Source: an uncultured Conexibacteraceae bacterium
Lineage (GTDB): Bacteria; Actinomycetota; Thermoleophilia; Solirubrobacterales; Solirubrobacteraceae
Reading direction: 5' to 3'
NCBI GenBank assembly: GCA_963761675.1
Contig: CAVXIA010000015.1
Coordinates: 62,054 to 86,053, forward strand
Length of the DNA: 24,000 bases
The notes under the pieces were generated by a model. It was not told the origin of the DNA and searched no databases. It worked only from the letters and a program-made list of their open reading frames with translations. Made by a program: the position numbers and the translations under genes. Below, in pieces: positions 22,212 to 24,000 of the stretch (position 1 is the first letter of the stretch; every line of letters starts with the position of its first letter).

Positions 22212-24000
22212 CTAAACCAGGTTCAACTGCTTGGCGCGGCGCACCGCGTCATTGCGAGTGGCGACGCCGAGTTTGCGGTAGATGTTCTTGGTATGGGTCT
22301 TGACGGTGTTGACCGAGACGAAGAGTTCCGCGGCGATCTCGGCCTTGGACATCACGGTCGGCAGGTAGCGCAGCACCGCCTCCTCGCGATCGCTGAGCGG
22401 ATCGAGCAGCACAAGTGAACCGGCGTCCAGCTCCGGGGTGTCGGCTCCGTCGAGTCGCTGGATCAGCTCTCCCGCCAGGGAGCGGTAGGCCGTGCCGGCG
22501 CGGACACGTCGTCTGAGCATCGAGCGCAACGGTGCGCCCAGCAGGACCAGCGGCAGCCGATAGCCCTCGGGCTGGGCAAGCGCCAGCGCCGCCTCGAGCA
22601 TGTCCAACGCCGCGGCGTCGTCATGCAGGAGGCCGTACGCCAGCGATGCCAATCCGAGGGCCTGAATGCGGGTGCCGAGATAGCGCACCGTCGAACTGTC
22701 GGCAAGCCAGGGCTGAAGCTCGCGCAATGACTCGGAGGGGTCTGCGTCGGCAAGCGCGATACGCGCCCGGGAAACCGCCGCCTCGAGCGGCGCCAGCGCG
22801 GTCCACGGCTCCTGCTCAAGTGCGTTGCGGGCCGGTCTCAGGTCGCCTGAGTCGATCACCAGCAGCGTCTCCATCAGCGCCGCGATCACGGCCAGCGAGT
22901 CGGGTAGCTCCGAGCCGTCGATCTCGTGGCGAGCGGCGCGCACGACGCGCAGCCCCTGCGCGGGGTCGTGGATCCCGACGTGCAGGCCGTGGAGGAGCTC
23001 CACGACGCTTGTCATCGCCAAGCGTGAGTGCCGCGTCGCGGCGAGTGCCTGATCGAGCAGTCTGCCGCTCTCCTCGATGTCAGCCCACTGGAGGTGTGTG
23101 ACGGCCAACGCCAGATATGCCGCGACTGAGACCGGGCGCTCGTCCCAACCGTGTTTGGCGGCCATCTGTAGGGCTGAGCGGCCAAAGGCGGCGGCGTCGC
23201 GCAGCCGGCCGTCAACCACTGCGAACAGAGCAAGCTGACCAAGGCAGTCGAGCGTGAGCCCATCGTTTGCGGTGTCGCGGTTGGTCTCGAGCACGCGCTC
23301 CAAGCGCCGCCGGGCGCCCAACTGGTCACCAAGCCAGTATTCGGCGACCCCGAGGTGCAGCTGGGCAACCGCGTGCCAGAGTTGGTCGGGACCTGAGACC
23401 GACCAGCTGCCGAGCAGCTTGTGCGCCGCATCCCGGGTGGCATCGAAATCGCCCCGCGCACGGCTGTCGAGCATTGTCACCATCGCCCGCGAGACGGTGA
23501 AGCGTGCGCGCTGCTTGGCTGGGACGGCGCCGGCATGATCGTCCGCGATCTGCAGGTAGCTGCGGGCGGTGTCGAGGTCACCCGTGTCGAGCTCCGCCGC
23601 AGCGCCGGCGAGCGCCAGCACCGGCTTGGTCGACATCGCCTGGCCGCCGAGGCCACGCACCCATTTGAGCAGGTCACGGGAGTGCCCGCGGTCGATCAGC
23701 GTGAGCCACTGTTGGGCGACCAGCGCCTGCGCCATCTCCTGATCGCCTGCCGCCATCGCATGCCAGACGGCCTCAGCCGGTCGTCCCGCGCCCGCGAACC
23801 AGCGGGCCGCGCGGCGATGCTCAAGCGCATAGGCCTCCGGCGTCTCGTACCGCAATTGGCTACGCAGCAGCTCCTTGAAGAGCGGGTGGTAGCGGTAGCG
23901 TCGTCCGCGCTCGTCGGTCGGCGCCAGGAAGGCGTTGCTGCGCTGCAGCTGCTCGAGCGTGTGCATCCCGTCGGGCCGGCCCGTGAGCTCCTCGGTCAGG
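22212..24000 (-). CDS. MalT/LAL-type LuxR family transcriptional regulator (N-terminus beyond the window edge)
   Basis: C-terminal LuxR HTH 'LSDREEAVLRYLPTVMSKAEIAAELFVSVNTVKTHTKNIYRKLGVATRNDAVRRA'. A long helical-repeat (TPR-like) middle region is present. 'RSNAFLAPTDERGRRYRYHPLFKELLR' is typical of the MalT-like arm. The frame stays open to nt 24000. Confidence 0.88.
   Translation of the reverse strand, partial: LTEELTGRPDGMHTLEQLQRSNAFLAPTDERGRRYRYHPLFKELLRSQLRYETPEAYALEHRRAARWFAGAGRPAEAVWHAMAAGDQEMAQALVAQQWLTLIDRGHSRDLLKWVRGLGGQAMSTKPVLALAGAAAELDTGDLDTARSYLQIADDHAGAVPAKQRARFTVSRAMVTMLDSRARGDFDATRDAAHKLLGSWSVSGPDQLWHAVAQLHLGVAEYWLGDQLGARRRLERVLETNRDTANDGLTLDCLGQLALFAVVDGRLRDAAAFGRSALQMAAKHGWDERPVSVAAYLALAVTHLQWADIEESGRLLDQALAATRHSRLAMTSVVELLHGLHVGIHDPAQGLRVVRAARHEIDGSELPDSLAVIAALMETLLVIDSGDLRPARNALEQEPWTALAPLEAAVSRARIALADADPSESLRELQPWLADSSTVRYLGTRIQALGLASLAYGLLHDDAAALDMLEAALALAQPEGYRLPLVLLGAPLRSMLRRRVRAGTAYRSLAGELIQRLDGADTPELDAGSLVLLDPLSDREEAVLRYLPTVMSKAEIAAELFVSVNTVKTHTKNIYRKLGVATRNDAVRRAKQLNLV

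Noticed and set aside
1-24000. Search for CRISPR repeats, IS elements with inverted-repeat termini, integrases, tRNA/rRNA genes and toxin-antitoxin pairs.
   Set aside because: I found no periodic direct repeats with spacers, no transposase-, integrase- or recombinase-like translations, and no cloverleaf-like or rRNA-like segments while reading both strands.

Overview
GC-rich, actinobacterium-like chromosomal window with dense coding on both strands and many 1-4 nt stop/start overlaps. I support about 28 protein genes. I found no rRNA, tRNA, CRISPR array, transposase or integrase.

Layout:
- 1-5452 (+): a five-gene, translationally coupled operon. It encodes formate-hydrogenlyase/complex-I-like subunits (HycE/NuoCD-like, HycF-stub+HycG/NuoB-like, HycC/HyfB/NuoL-like). 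All recognisable metal-cluster ligands except one cysteine are substituted. A universal stress protein and a single-chain protein made of three tandem DUF190 (PII-like) domains follow.
- 5484-7556 (+): VOC-family protein, purK, purE.
- 7629-9032 (-): a LacI-family regulator. The same perfect 14-bp palindrome lies at its own start and in front of a small downstream ORF.
- 9308-9718 (-): a PLDc_N/SHOCT membrane protein.
- ~9945 (+): a probable ECF sigma-factor remnant.
- 13282-10083 (-): a classical DyP peroxidase-encapsulin (family 1) pair, followed by a coupled hypothetical/RDD membrane pair.
- 13439-24000: MFS transporter, small membrane protein, cupin, GGDEF cyclase, rpiA, a hypothetical, TauE/SafE, DUF302, three uncharacterised membrane proteins, and a 5'-truncated MalT/LAL-type LuxR regulator.

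The best candidate for an undescribed system is the apparently redox-dead hydrogenase-like membrane module coupled to USP and the triple PII-like protein. All family assignments come from reading motifs in the translations by eye. No database search was run.
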